A DNA stretch of 63,626 bases, filler included, from Trichomonas gallinae (Eukaryota): the NCBI GenBank assembly GCA_008369845.1. It is 6 parts of 6 records of this genome, joined end to end, with 100 filler letters (N's around TTAATTAATTAA, not from the genome) between each part and the next. Parts side by side here need not be neighbours in the genome. Positions count along the whole stretch, not along the records: positions 49,503 to 60,257 come from MRSU01000943.1; positions 60,358 to 61,946 come from MRSU01000945.1; positions 62,047 to 63,626 come from MRSU01000963.1; 3 more parts are not named here. The stretch is one strand, 5' to 3'. Made by a program: the position numbers and the translations under genes. The notes beneath the pieces were generated by a model. That model saw nothing but the letters and a program-made list of their open reading frames with translations, was not told the origin of the DNA and made no database searches. This document shows positions 52,129-62,218 of this stretch, piece after piece; position 1 is the stretch's first letter, and every line of letters starts with the position of its first letter.

Positions 52129-52545
52129 TGAACGTTTTTTCTTTTATCCACTATGCCAACAGACACGTTTTATGCATAACATGATCAGTAAAATAAAAGA
52201 AATTTAATTCGTACAAAAACATCAAAATTAAGGCTGATTAATAATAAATTTAATTAATATTAAATATGCACAATCGAATATAATTGAGATTTCAGTTGGT
52301 TACTGTTAATTATTTTCATATATTTTGACATTTTGCTTCAAGACATAATTTAACAATGAAATCAATGTATATTAGATACATATATTTTAAATCTTTAATA
52401 ACATGAAATAAAATAGAATAATATTTTTGAATTATTTAAAAAATTGTTTTCAAATGATTTATATATGAAACTATTATATGCATTGGAAAGTAGTTGATGT
52501 TTTTATTTATACAACGCGATTAAACATAAAAATAGAACATTTTAT

Positions 52546-53493
52546 TCAAATTTCGCTCATTAACTTTCTCTCTTCGAGTTTAGCAATTTTTGATTCTACT
52601 GTATTCAAGAATTTAATGAATTCTTCTGCACCTTTTCCAACAACAAAAACATTTTCATTATATTGAACAGCGTCAACACTATCGCGTAAATTCTTCAGTT
52701 GCTCGCGCAAAGCCGCGTTTTCTTCGCGCAGTCTTTGCAATTCTTGCTCTTCAGCAGATAATGTTGGTTGTTTCTTCTTCGGAGACGATTTTCTTGGCGA
52801 TGACCTTGTCGGCGATGACGATCTTTGTGGAGAACTTCGCTGGCTTTGCGCTTTAAGGGCTTCTGCAATTTTATTTCTATCTTCAAGGGAAAACTCAGTT
52901 TTAGAGACGTTAAACTCCTTAATGCCTTGTTCTGTTGTCCTTCGTGATATGAATGTAAGAATCTTATTCGTCGCTGCTGGACTTAGATTGCATTTGTGGA
53001 ACGTTACTGCCTTTAATTTATTCGGATCAAGGTTTGAGAGCAGCGTTGTAAGGCCACCATCACCGAGAGCGATGCTTTGGAAGACAATGCTTTCGAGATT
53101 TGAAGTTGAAAATGATTGCGCGAGTTCCTGCACTTGATCTTGAGATAATGGAAGTGCATTCAGAACTATTTCGTGAATATTTGTTATTCTACCTTCTTTA
53201 AGAAGATATTGAATCAACGTGACAATATTTTTGAGATAAGTCTTTTTATGCGCGACAGCAATTGAGTTTGTTACATCAAGGGGCATGTTGCCTCCAGCTA
53301 AAGCCTTTGACTCTGCCTTTTTCAGTTCTTCGCAAGAGAATCCGAGAGAAACAATATTTTTAATCGCGAATTTTTGTAGTGTGTTGAAGAATGGGCGGTT
53401 TTCCTGCTTGTTGATTTTAGAGAGATCGAAGTGATATCGGCCCGGGTCTGTGGAATTACCAGAAAGAGACCTAAGTGTTTCTTTATCAAGCAT
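52546..53493 (-). CDS. RNI-like LRR protein with S/P/R-rich linker and coiled-coil
   Basis: LESIVFQSIALGDGG, LKAVTFHKCNLS; SSPQRSSSPTRSSPRKSSP; heptad C-terminus. Confidence 0.78.
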   Translation of the reverse strand: MLDKETLRSLSGNSTDPGRYHFDLSKINKQENRPFFNTLQKFAIKNIVSLGFSCEELKKAESKALAGGNMPLDVTNSIAVAHKKTYLKNIVTLIQYLLKEGRITNIHEIVLNALPLSQDQVQELAQSFSTSNLESIVFQSIALGDGGLTTLLSNLDPNKLKAVTFHKCNLSPAATNKILTFISRRTTEQGIKEFNVSKTEFSLEDRNKIAEALKAQSQRSSPQRSSSPTRSSPRKSSPKKKQPTLSAEEQELQRLREENAALREQLKNLRDSVDAVQYNENVFVVGKGAEEFIKFLNTVESKIAKLEERKLMSEI

Positions 53494-54000
53494 TTTCTAT
53501 TTTTTGACCGTTTACACAGATCTATTTTTTATTTCGCTTTAAAAACATTATATTTAGAATCTATATAGTTTATCTATTTGATTCCCGCTAAAATTGGATT
53601 GTTTTAATTATTTGACATTTTAATTTTACACGTCAAATTTTGATCAAATTTTATTCTTACGATAACATATTATTTTCACACAACAAATCTATACTTGCCA
53701 ACATATAAAATATAATTTTTATATCCAAATGAATCAAATTCAATTCATCTCATTGATATCGAATCACAAACCAGAATTAATGCATTAAATAGCCTTTATA
53801 TACATTTAAATTCTATTAATAGATATATAAAATAAAATTTTTATATCTAGAAGAATCAAATATAATTTTTTCAATTAGATATCAAATCAAAATTCTAAAA
53901 ACTGTATTTCAAATGTCTAATATGGCCGGATTAATCCTTAAAAGTAGCTATTATTGGTGCATACATGTGCCTTTTCTTTATAGACTTGATTTTGCAAAGA

Positions 54001-54614
54001 AAATTCGGCGTGAAAAAATAGTTGTCTCGTTTACCTGGTGAATTTCAAGCGTGTTCTGGGCCATATATAATATCTACACTCCACATATATGATTATTATC
54101 TTGTTTGTATGTTTCAATAGTCTATTTTAGAATAGATTTTTCAGAATTGGATCATTGATTAACGACAATGTATGTATATGACCTAACCATTTGTTTATTT
54201 AGAGTGTAATATGATAATTTATACTATAGCAATACACAAAATGTATGATAAAAAAATAATCTTTTTAAATATCTAGAATAAGTATAAATCCATTAAGTAC
54301 GAACAATGTGTATTTTATATTATTAGAATATTTTAGAATTGATGTTCAGATTTTCATTACGATTTTATCATACATTTCGTGTATTGCTATAGTATAAATT
54401 ATCATATTACTCTCTAAATAAACAAATGGTTAGGTCACATACATACATTGTCGTTAATCAATAATCCAAATCTGAAAATTCTATTCTATAATAGACTATT
54501 GAAACATATAAACAAGATAACAATCATATATGGGATGTGTAGATATTATATATGGCTCAGAACACGCTTGAAATTCACATGTTAAAGAGACAACTATTTT
54601 TTCACGCCGAATTT
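54001..54614. repeat. Long inverted repeat/foldback element: ~252-bp arms, ~110-bp spacer
   Basis: 54001-54254 is the reverse complement of 54363-54614 with about 17 differences by manual comparison; ends AATT-CGGCG...CGCCG-AATT. Confidence 0.92.
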
Positions 54615-54790
54615 AATTCATGTATTAAATGCTATTTTTTATGGGTAGATATTAATATCTATGACAAAAAATATATTAGCTATATCCAAAACCGTTTATT
54701 CATATAGAGAAAATTCAAATTATTTGATTTCATGAGAAAAATATATGATTTTGAAGTGAATCAATACATATTTATCATTTATTCAATAGT

Positions 54791-57700
54791 TTATATAGCG
54801 CGAGCTGGCTTAGTTTTAACAGAGTCATCGATTTCGAAAATTTGCGGAATTGAGCCAGTCTCTGAAGCAATTACAGAGTTATTATCACCGGAAACAGGGA
54901 CCTTTTCGGAGTCAACGGAGTCGAATTTCTGGTCTACAATCAAAGAAGAGTTTGATTCTATGAAAATCTTATTAGGTAACAATACTTTTTGCGAATTTTC
55001 AGCTAATTTCATTGTGAATTTTCCTGTGACAACTAAATCGAATTCTTTATGGCTAAACGTAACATTCTCGTATGCATCAATAGCAGTAATTCGATCAGAT
55101 GAAACAATAAATGAAATCATTTTCGTTGTTGTTATTGTTAACGATTTGAATTCGATGTTTTTCGATGCCAAAGCAGGGGAAACTCCACAGCAGTTCATTT
55201 TGTTGACTTTCACTGATGACGTGTTTATAATATCACTTGCGACGAGTTTGAGCGAGTTTAATTTAGGATTATTAGAGAAACACAGATTCATGCCATTGAG
55301 AATTAAGTTGTTGACATCAGATACGTCTAGAATTACATCTTGAATTGTTGACAACGCGAACATTTCTATTTGCTCGTATTTTGTCCTGCTCTTCACTCTT
55401 AAAGGAGTGACAGGTGTTGTATCGCATATATAGAACCAAACTGTTGGCATCGCAAATACGTCAATCGTGTTTTCTGAGTATTTAACTTGTTTTGCGCCTC
55501 GCGGACATTGTTCTGATGATAAAAGATCAGAGAAAAGACAGATATCTTGTGATAACATGGTTAATGTGATTGTTGGGTCTAATTCGTATATGAAATCAGG
55601 GAATATTTCGTCGATGACGACTTCTGACATGCCGCGAATGAACCCGTGAGTGTCTGATTTAGTATTATCCCATTTTCCGTCGAAGTAAATTGTGCCTTGC
55701 TTCATTATGATGCTTGGGATGAGTTCTACGACTGTTGTTCGCGTTGATAAGTTGAGATAGTTTGCAGCGACAATGAAAATTATCGATTTTATATGATTGG
55801 TCTTGAATTCAACGAAATCGTTGTTTTCATGAACGATATAATGGTCTGTGAATACTTCTATGTTCTGTATAGAGTTCGGAATTTCAACTGTGAGGTTGTT
55901 AATGTCATTATTTTGGAATTCATTCAAGAAATCTCTCGAATACCAGTCTAAATCGATTTTAGAGACGTCAAAACCAATGTTTAATTTTGAGGAGCCTCTA
56001 GATTTGATGCTATTGACCCTAAAACCTTCTTGTACGATTAATGAAATATTTTCTAATTCCAAAAGATCAGGAATCATCTTCATTTTAGTGATTTCTACTG
56101 TCTTTTGGCTGTCAGAAACAAGTTTAAGAGAGTTTGCCATAAGATTTTCGCCGTCTATCATTATTTTTTCGGGCATAATCAATAATTCCATTTGGTGGAT
56201 CGAATTATCGACAATTAGAGGCCTTCCTGTGTATTGTAGCTTTGTATAGCCTGAAGGACAGTTATCTCTTTGTCCAAAAACGCAAATTTTCGCTGCCGAA
56301 TTTAAATATTCTTTTTCGAACTTGAAACCATCGTGTAAAACACCGAAAATCTTTATAGGAACATCAGATATCAGTATTGCATTCGTCTGGTTCGCGCTAG
56401 GGACCATTTCCCAAGCAGCATCAAAAGTTACAGAAGGATCATTACCTGCGAAGTCTAAATTGAGCGGCTTCCTGCACATATATGAAGTTCCATGCGGAGA
56501 GAAAATCACTGTGTGCAAAATTGTTATGGAAATAGTATCATAATAAGTATATTCAATTGGAATTTCGTTGATGTAAACTATATCGTTTCCGAAGAAAATC
56601 GTTGACATGTTATCGTCCAATATGATTATTTCTGTCGTTTTTTTTAACTTAGAGTAAATATTTTTGTAACAATCTAAAGATAAAGTCGCGTGTGAGATAT
56701 TCATGGTATCTGAGTATATATTTGAAACACCTATCATACTCAGATTATATACTGGAATGTTCGTCTCCGAAAACACGTAAATTGACGTATTAATCAAATT
56801 TAATGTTTTGATGACTTTTTCTGCATGAATTGCAATGAATTGCGGCCAACGGGCTGTTATAGTTAACTTATCAAGCGAAGCAACGTCTTCATCGATTGTT
56901 GGCATATCTGATGGTGTCGAATCAGCAATAAAAAGTGTCAATTGTTTTGTGTAAGTGTCCAACATCTTCATTGTGATCTTCTTAGATGTGTATTTGTAAG
57001 GAATGTAAGAGTCTGGGCAAATTTTTTCCGAAGATTTGTACAAACAAATGGAAGAATCTGAGAAAAAGTTGATGATCGGCTTCTGGTCGAAAATGAAAAT
57101 GTCGGGGATTATGTTTCTGGGCGTGAAAACTTTCGCTGGATAAAGATGTCGAGTTGTTATATGTCCTTTGCTTGAAACAATGGGATTAAGTTCGAACCAG
57201 TCCTCGGAAAATGATATATAAGTCGACAAACTGAGGAATTCTAAATCAGGCATTTTCGATAAAAAGGCTCCGAAGCGATTTGACGGTGCTATTGTGATCT
57301 TGGTGGCCTTCTGAGAAGCGTGTATATAAGAAATCGACGAAAACATCGAGAAATTCGCAATAACCGAATATTTCGACGTCATTTCGAAAACGAAGTGATC
57401 TGGGCAGACAATCAGGTTAGAAATAGGTGGATATTCATCGCTGGACACCAATTCGATCTTTCTCGTTGTCGATGGAGTCAAATATGGAACAATGTTGATA
57501 TAAGCGAAAGCGAGGATTTTCATTAGGTTGTGGATGTCGAGTGGTGTGTTCATACTCGCAGTTTGGATCTCTGATGTATCAGAAATCAATGTACCAATGA
57601 TAATCGAATCCATTTTCTCAACTGTCCTGAAATTAGCTGTCAAAGTGTCAATTTCGAGCTTAGGAATGATAACATTTGGTCTGAATAGCAAAGTAATTGA

Positions 57701-59680
57701 TCTTTTCGTTGAAGAATACAATCTTACGTTAATTCCACTGAAACAATGCATATCTAAGATAACATTCGGCGAGACAACCTTAATAACACAGTCTCCATAT
57801 GGGTCTGGCAGGAAAATTCTGCTCAAAACTTTATCTGAGTTTGGAATAACTTGATGATCTGATCCACATTGAGATGCGTCATCGGAAATGCAATATCCCG
57901 AGCTATATGTGCGATCTGAGTGCATATATTCTTTGAGATCGAAGATTTCAAGAAGTTTTTTAATTGATGATTTTGAATTAATGTAATTTATCTTTGTTGG
58001 ATGGAAGAAATCACCACGTTTGCTCTTAATACCAATGTTGCTGTCCTCCCAGCTCTCATCGAAGTAATAATTCACTGATGAATCATTTAAATAAGTAATT
58101 CTCGGGAAATATTCAAGTTTGTATTCATAGGGTAGTATGCTCTTGATCTTTATTTCGACATTTTGCTGGAAAGGAAGAATAAACGAGAGTTTGTAGAGTT
58201 GTTGATTTGGAATCCTGTAAACATTGCCTGCGACTTGAATTTGGAAGATATTTTGCCTGAAAACGAGCTCCTTTATCTGATGGCCTTCTTTAAATGTCAC
58301 CAAAATGTTGTCAACTTGGTCATCATCTAATTCATCGATTAAATTAAAGTTATCAGATGGAATAATAAGGTTGTGGCAGTGGAATTTGCAGTACTGGAAG
58401 AAGTCAGTTGTACCTATGCATTCAAGTGTAGTAACATCGAAAATTGGCTGTTCTTCTTTAAAATCAATATAAACATTTGGACCAATTGTTAGATTTTGGA
58501 TTTTTAGCTCAGAGCCTATAAGTTCCAGGTCCATGTTCTCCAAAAACAAGTGAGCTGGGCCTGCTCTCGAAAGATCAATGGCTACTTTCGTGATTAAATC
58601 AGCACCAACGATTGAGATGCTTCTTCCTGCAAAATAAAGGGCGTCAATTGTTGCCTGTGTCGTTGCTGTATCATAAATCAAGAAATTGGCGACTTTTAGC
58701 GTTGTTGGAATTGGATATGTTATTGGAGTCCCAGGATTATATTTTACACAAGCACAATTCTTGTTTTCAGGCATCTTAGATGTATAGAAGCAGAAATTGC
58801 CTCCGTATTTATGGGGACGCTTAGAAATTTTTGGAGATTCAATTTTGAAAAGAGGAAGAGTAATATCTTCAATGTTTTCAAAATCGATTATGATTGATTT
58901 TGTTGCCTTGATTGTCCCTAGCTTGGAAGTTGTGACAGGTGCCGCTCCCCAGATCGGATTAAAAACGATAAAAGCATCAGGTGATGAAAATTCGATGCTT
59001 GGCATTTCATACATATATACTGGGTCTGGAGCTGATTTTGTAAGTCTCAAATTCGTTTTAGCTCTGAATAAAATTGATTTAAATTTTTTCGTATTGATAA
59101 AAATCTCTGAAGCCAGTATTCCATCGTTTGCTATTTCAACCACATCATTTTCTTCTAATAAAACTTCGAGTTTGAATGTAGGATTTTCGAAAAGTTCATC
59201 ATATATTGGAAAAGCAACCATTGATGTGCGAAATGTATTCAGTATAGAGAAGTTCTTGATTGTAATAAGATTTCGTTTGATTTTGTCGCGAAATTCTATT
59301 TCTCCTTCATTTGAATAATCTTCGATGATAAATGTGCTTTGTTTTGTGCCGTAAAATATAATTTTTGTAGCACTGTCGAAATGCATCGCTTTCATGCTCA
59401 AATCATTTTCTTTGTAAACGAAAGTGAATGAACTTCCCGAAAAATGATAACTTTTCTGATTAACTTGCTTATAGGTGAATTCTATATTTTCATATGATCT
59501 TATTGATGAATGAACGAAGATCTCAATATGTCCAGAAATGCTTGGTTGAAATGTGTATTGGTCAAAACGATCCAATACAACAATATCTGTATACCCCTTA
59601 CACTCGCCTTTGAATCTAGTGCTCTGTACGAGGCAGTATTTCTTATCTTCGAAAAAATTTAAAAAGAGAAAAGCAAACAC
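54791..59680 (-). CDS. Large modular secreted/surface-type protein (~1630 aa) with six Cys-pair-led repeats; expected start codon is GTG
   Basis: 4.9-kb open frame; TCAAAA-GTG-TTT-GCT-TTT-CTC gives a signal-like (M)FAFLFLNFF; recurring C-x(7-11)-C motifs roughly every 250-300 aa. Confidence 0.8.
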   Translation of the reverse strand: MFAFLFLNFFEDKKYCLVQSTRFKGECKGYTDIVVLDRFDQYTFQPSISGHIEIFVHSSIRSYENIEFTYKQVNQKSYHFSGSSFTFVYKENDLSMKAMHFDSATKIIFYGTKQSTFIIEDYSNEGEIEFRDKIKRNLITIKNFSILNTFRTSMVAFPIYDELFENPTFKLEVLLEENDVVEIANDGILASEIFINTKKFKSILFRAKTNLRLTKSAPDPVYMYEMPSIEFSSPDAFIVFNPIWGAAPVTTSKLGTIKATKSIIIDFENIEDITLPLFKIESPKISKRPHKYGGNFCFYTSKMPENKNCACVKYNPGTPITYPIPTTLKVANFLIYDTATTQATIDALYFAGRSISIVGADLITKVAIDLSRAGPAHLFLENMDLELIGSELKIQNLTIGPNVYIDFKEEQPIFDVTTLECIGTTDFFQYCKFHCHNLIIPSDNFNLIDELDDDQVDNILVTFKEGHQIKELVFRQNIFQIQVAGNVYRIPNQQLYKLSFILPFQQNVEIKIKSILPYEYKLEYFPRITYLNDSSVNYYFDESWEDSNIGIKSKRGDFFHPTKINYINSKSSIKKLLEIFDLKEYMHSDRTYSSGYCISDDASQCGSDHQVIPNSDKVLSRIFLPDPYGDCVIKVVSPNVILDMHCFSGINVRLYSSTKRSITLLFRPNVIIPKLEIDTLTANFRTVEKMDSIIIGTLISDTSEIQTASMNTPLDIHNLMKILAFAYINIVPYLTPSTTRKIELVSSDEYPPISNLIVCPDHFVFEMTSKYSVIANFSMFSSISYIHASQKATKITIAPSNRFGAFLSKMPDLEFLSLSTYISFSEDWFELNPIVSSKGHITTRHLYPAKVFTPRNIIPDIFIFDQKPIINFFSDSSICLYKSSEKICPDSYIPYKYTSKKITMKMLDTYTKQLTLFIADSTPSDMPTIDEDVASLDKLTITARWPQFIAIHAEKVIKTLNLINTSIYVFSETNIPVYNLSMIGVSNIYSDTMNISHATLSLDCYKNIYSKLKKTTEIIILDDNMSTIFFGNDIVYINEIPIEYTYYDTISITILHTVIFSPHGTSYMCRKPLNLDFAGNDPSVTFDAAWEMVPSANQTNAILISDVPIKIFGVLHDGFKFEKEYLNSAAKICVFGQRDNCPSGYTKLQYTGRPLIVDNSIHQMELLIMPEKIMIDGENLMANSLKLVSDSQKTVEITKMKMIPDLLELENISLIVQEGFRVNSIKSRGSSKLNIGFDVSKIDLDWYSRDFLNEFQNNDINNLTVEIPNSIQNIEVFTDHYIVHENNDFVEFKTNHIKSIIFIVAANYLNLSTRTTVVELIPSIIMKQGTIYFDGKWDNTKSDTHGFIRGMSEVVIDEIFPDFIYELDPTITLTMLSQDICLFSDLLSSEQCPRGAKQVKYSENTIDVFAMPTVWFYICDTTPVTPLRVKSRTKYEQIEMFALSTIQDVILDVSDVNNLILNGMNLCFSNNPKLNSLKLVASDIINTSSVKVNKMNCCGVSPALASKNIEFKSLTITTTKMISFIVSSDRITAIDAYENVTFSHKEFDLVVTGKFTMKLAENSQKVLLPNKIFIESNSSLIVDQKFDSVDSEKVPVSGDNNSVIASETGSIPQIFEIDDSVKTKPARAI

Positions 59681-59716
59681 TTTTGAATTTTGATTTCGCA
59701 AATTTTATTTGAATAC

Positions 59717-59893
59717 TTTACATGACAAATTTATTCGTTACATGGCATTTTATTATATTTACACGACAAATATTATTTTACATGATCTTTATTATTATTT
59801 ACACGACAAATGTCAATTTTAAACGACATAAGTCATATTTACATGACAATAATCAATGTTTACACGACATATTATAGTATTTACAAGTCAAAA
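59717..59893 (+). repeat. Helically phased array of nine TTTACAYGACA-type motifs
   Basis: Cores at 59720, 59740, 59761, 59780, 59801, 59821, 59841, 59862, 59883 (spacing 19-21 bp) with non-identical AT-rich spacers. Confidence 0.88.
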
Positions 59894-60078
59894 CATAGCA
59901 TGTAAACTTTTAAATATGATAAGAGATATTAAATATTATGAAGTAAAAGTTGACTTTTGTGAAATATATAGATTTGATTGACTTGAATTTCATTAAATCA
60001 AAACGATTTAAAATATGTATGAGAATGTTTTTGAAAAAGATTTATGTCGATTGTATCAAAAAGAGAAAGGGACGTGCT

Positions 60079-60255
60079 TTAGAAATCGAACATGTCGCCA
60101 AGGTCAAGTGGAGCAGCAGCTTCCTCCTCCTTCTTCTCTTCCTCCTTTGGAGCCTCTTCAGCGGCGGCAGCACCACCAGCAGCTGGAGCAGCGGCAGCAG
60201 CAGCACCAGCAGCGCCGTTCTTGACGAGCTCTGTAACATCGTGGTCCTTGAAGAA
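60079..60255 (-). CDS. RPLP1: 60S acidic ribosomal stalk protein P1, C-terminal part (5' lost in gap)
   Basis: FFKDHDVTELVKNGAAGAAAAAAPAAGGAAAAEEAPKEEEKKEEEAAAPLDLGDMFDF*. Confidence 0.8.
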   Translation of the reverse strand, partial: FFKDHDVTELVKNGAAGAAAAAAPAAGGAAAAEEAPKEEEKKEEEAAAPLDLGDMFDF

Positions 60256-60257
60256 AT

Positions 60258-60357
60258 NNNNNNNNNNNNNNNNNNNNNNNNNNNNNNNNNNNNNNNNNNN
60301 NTTAATTAATTAANNNNNNNNNNNNNNNNNNNNNNNNNNNNNNNNNNNNNNNNNNNN
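60258..60357. other. Artificial contig spacer
   Basis: N44-TTAATTAATTAA-N44. Confidence 0.97.
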
Positions 60358-60627
60358 ATTTCTGTGCTCCAAAAAGACTTCAGTTCTAGGACCGTTATGA
60401 TTTTAACGTCATTTCTATCGTCATTGGTACACCTCTGCTTATTTGCTAATTTATCAGAGTAAAATTTTTTCATAAAAATATATCCTTACAATTGCCAATT
60501 TTTATTTAAAAATCAGCTTGTTTAACCAATTACATGCAAGAAAATCAATAAAAAGGTTTATTTAAATAGATTAAGTCACTTTTTACGGTGTAATTTTGAT
60601 GAAAAAATATGTCACTTTTCATCAATA

Positions 60628-61386
60628 ATGAGTAATAATACAGCACTTATCCAGGCTCAGTTAGAGAAATGCCAAAGGGAGCGTCTTCCTCTGACTGTTG
60701 TCGACATGTACACATTTTCAACAACAATTGGATCGACAAAATACACAATTCAAATCTCCCCGCAATATCCAAACCAGCCACCGAAACTTAAAAAGGATAA
60801 ATACGACTTAGAATGCCCAATAATCACAAGCTGGAATGCATCATTCACTTTATTAGACATTGTCAATCATCTTCGTATCAACGAAGGCTATGATGGCTAC
60901 TTCTTACAACAAAAATGCGCCTTAGCAGAAAATGAAATTAAAGATGTTATTAATAGATCACCATATAACGCTGTTCAAAGTGCTGAAGGTAGATTACGCG
61001 TAATTAAAGAAACAAAGACTGTTAGCGCAGCAATTGATAAGGCTACACAGTCTGAGCAGCGCCAACATTCTGCTGAAACAAAAATAGCTTCTATCGTTGA
61101 CCAATTATTCACATTGATGGATCAAGTTAATCAGTTACAAGAAAAGAAGGACTCATTACAAAAGGAGGCTGCTAAGTACTCTAAAGATCCACAACAAATT
61201 CTTGTAGAATCTAAGAGATTGAAGACAGATAGCATGAAACAGCAAATTTCACAGATCGATGCCGAACTTGCATCATTAAGCTCTGCTTTGGCTAGCAAGC
61301 AGATCAAGCCCGATCAGTTTGCATTAGAATATAGGCAGAGAACTCATATGAAGTTGAAATTACAGAAACTTCTTCAGAGAATTTAA
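60628..61386 (+). CDS. ESCRT-I subunit-like protein (UEV-like N-terminus, coiled-coil, Vps37/Vps23-type C-terminus)
   Basis: IQISPQYPNQPP...IITSWNASFTLLDIV (UBC/UEV fold); long coiled-coil; LASKQIKPDQFALEYR; GTCACTTT Inr upstream. Confidence 0.6.
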   Translation: MSNNTALIQAQLEKCQRERLPLTVVDMYTFSTTIGSTKYTIQISPQYPNQPPKLKKDKYDLECPIITSWNASFTLLDIVNHLRINEGYDGYFLQQKCALAENEIKDVINRSPYNAVQSAEGRLRVIKETKTVSAAIDKATQSEQRQHSAETKIASIVDQLFTLMDQVNQLQEKKDSLQKEAAKYSKDPQQILVESKRLKTDSMKQQISQIDAELASLSSALASKQIKPDQFALEYRQRTHMKLKLQKLLQRI

Positions 61387-61946
61387 ATTATAAATTTATT
61401 TTACTTTTATAATCCCTTATCTCTCTTTAATCATAAAAATTCCAAAATCAATTAATTAAAAATTTTTCATCAATTACCGTTCACAGTAATAATGGAGCCT
61501 TACAATATATTCTTCATGGAATCAATCTGCTCAAATTTTTTAGGTTGAAAGATATTGAAATCACAAATAATTTGATTCGATTTAAAATAAAAAATAAAAC
61601 ACATACAAACTAGAGCAACTATAGGAGTTAAATCTAAGCATTAGATAGGTAAAAGGATTTTGACAAACGATTAAAAAGAATTGAATTTTAAAAAAATTTG
61701 ACAATTGTCAAAAAAATTGCTTATTTAATGGAGATCATTGGATGTGACAAATTTTAGTTGTCTAACATCGTAATTTAACATTAAATATACTTATTAAAAC
61801 ACTAGTTACTCCCATCTCCATTAAACTAAATCCATTAAAAAAACATGAAATATTTGGCACGTTTTTATATTTTTTATATGTAAATTTAGTTTACATGTCA
61901 TAATTTTATCATTTAAAAAATAAATCATATTAAATTTAATATTTAT

Positions 61947-62046
61947 NNNNNNNNNNNNNNNNNNNNNNNNNNNNNNNNNNNNNNNNNNNNTTAATTAATT
62001 AANNNNNNNNNNNNNNNNNNNNNNNNNNNNNNNNNNNNNNNNNNNN
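61947..62046. other. Artificial contig spacer
   Basis: N44-TTAATTAATTAA-N44. Confidence 0.97.
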
Positions 62047-62218
62047 ATTTTGCTTTGTAAAGTTTTTTTTGACAATGTAAAATATATTTTGAAAACTTTT
62101 TGACATGATTTGCTATGTAAAGTCTTTGACAATTTTAAAAAATCTGCCGGACTACCTTTAGATTTATTTACATTGTCAAAAATCAAATTTACAAAGCATT
62201 TTTTAAACGTCTTTATAA

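Noticed and set aside
59717..59893. CRISPR-like repeat-spacer appearance of the motif arrays
   Set aside because: Repeats are ~10 bp and degenerate, spacers ~10 bp, no cas genes, eukaryotic context
29674..62046. Five identical TTAATTAATTAA words embedded in N runs, and the ORFs that run into them
   Set aside because: Synthetic six-frame-stop contig linkers; not biology. They also mean true gap sizes and cross-gap synteny are unknown
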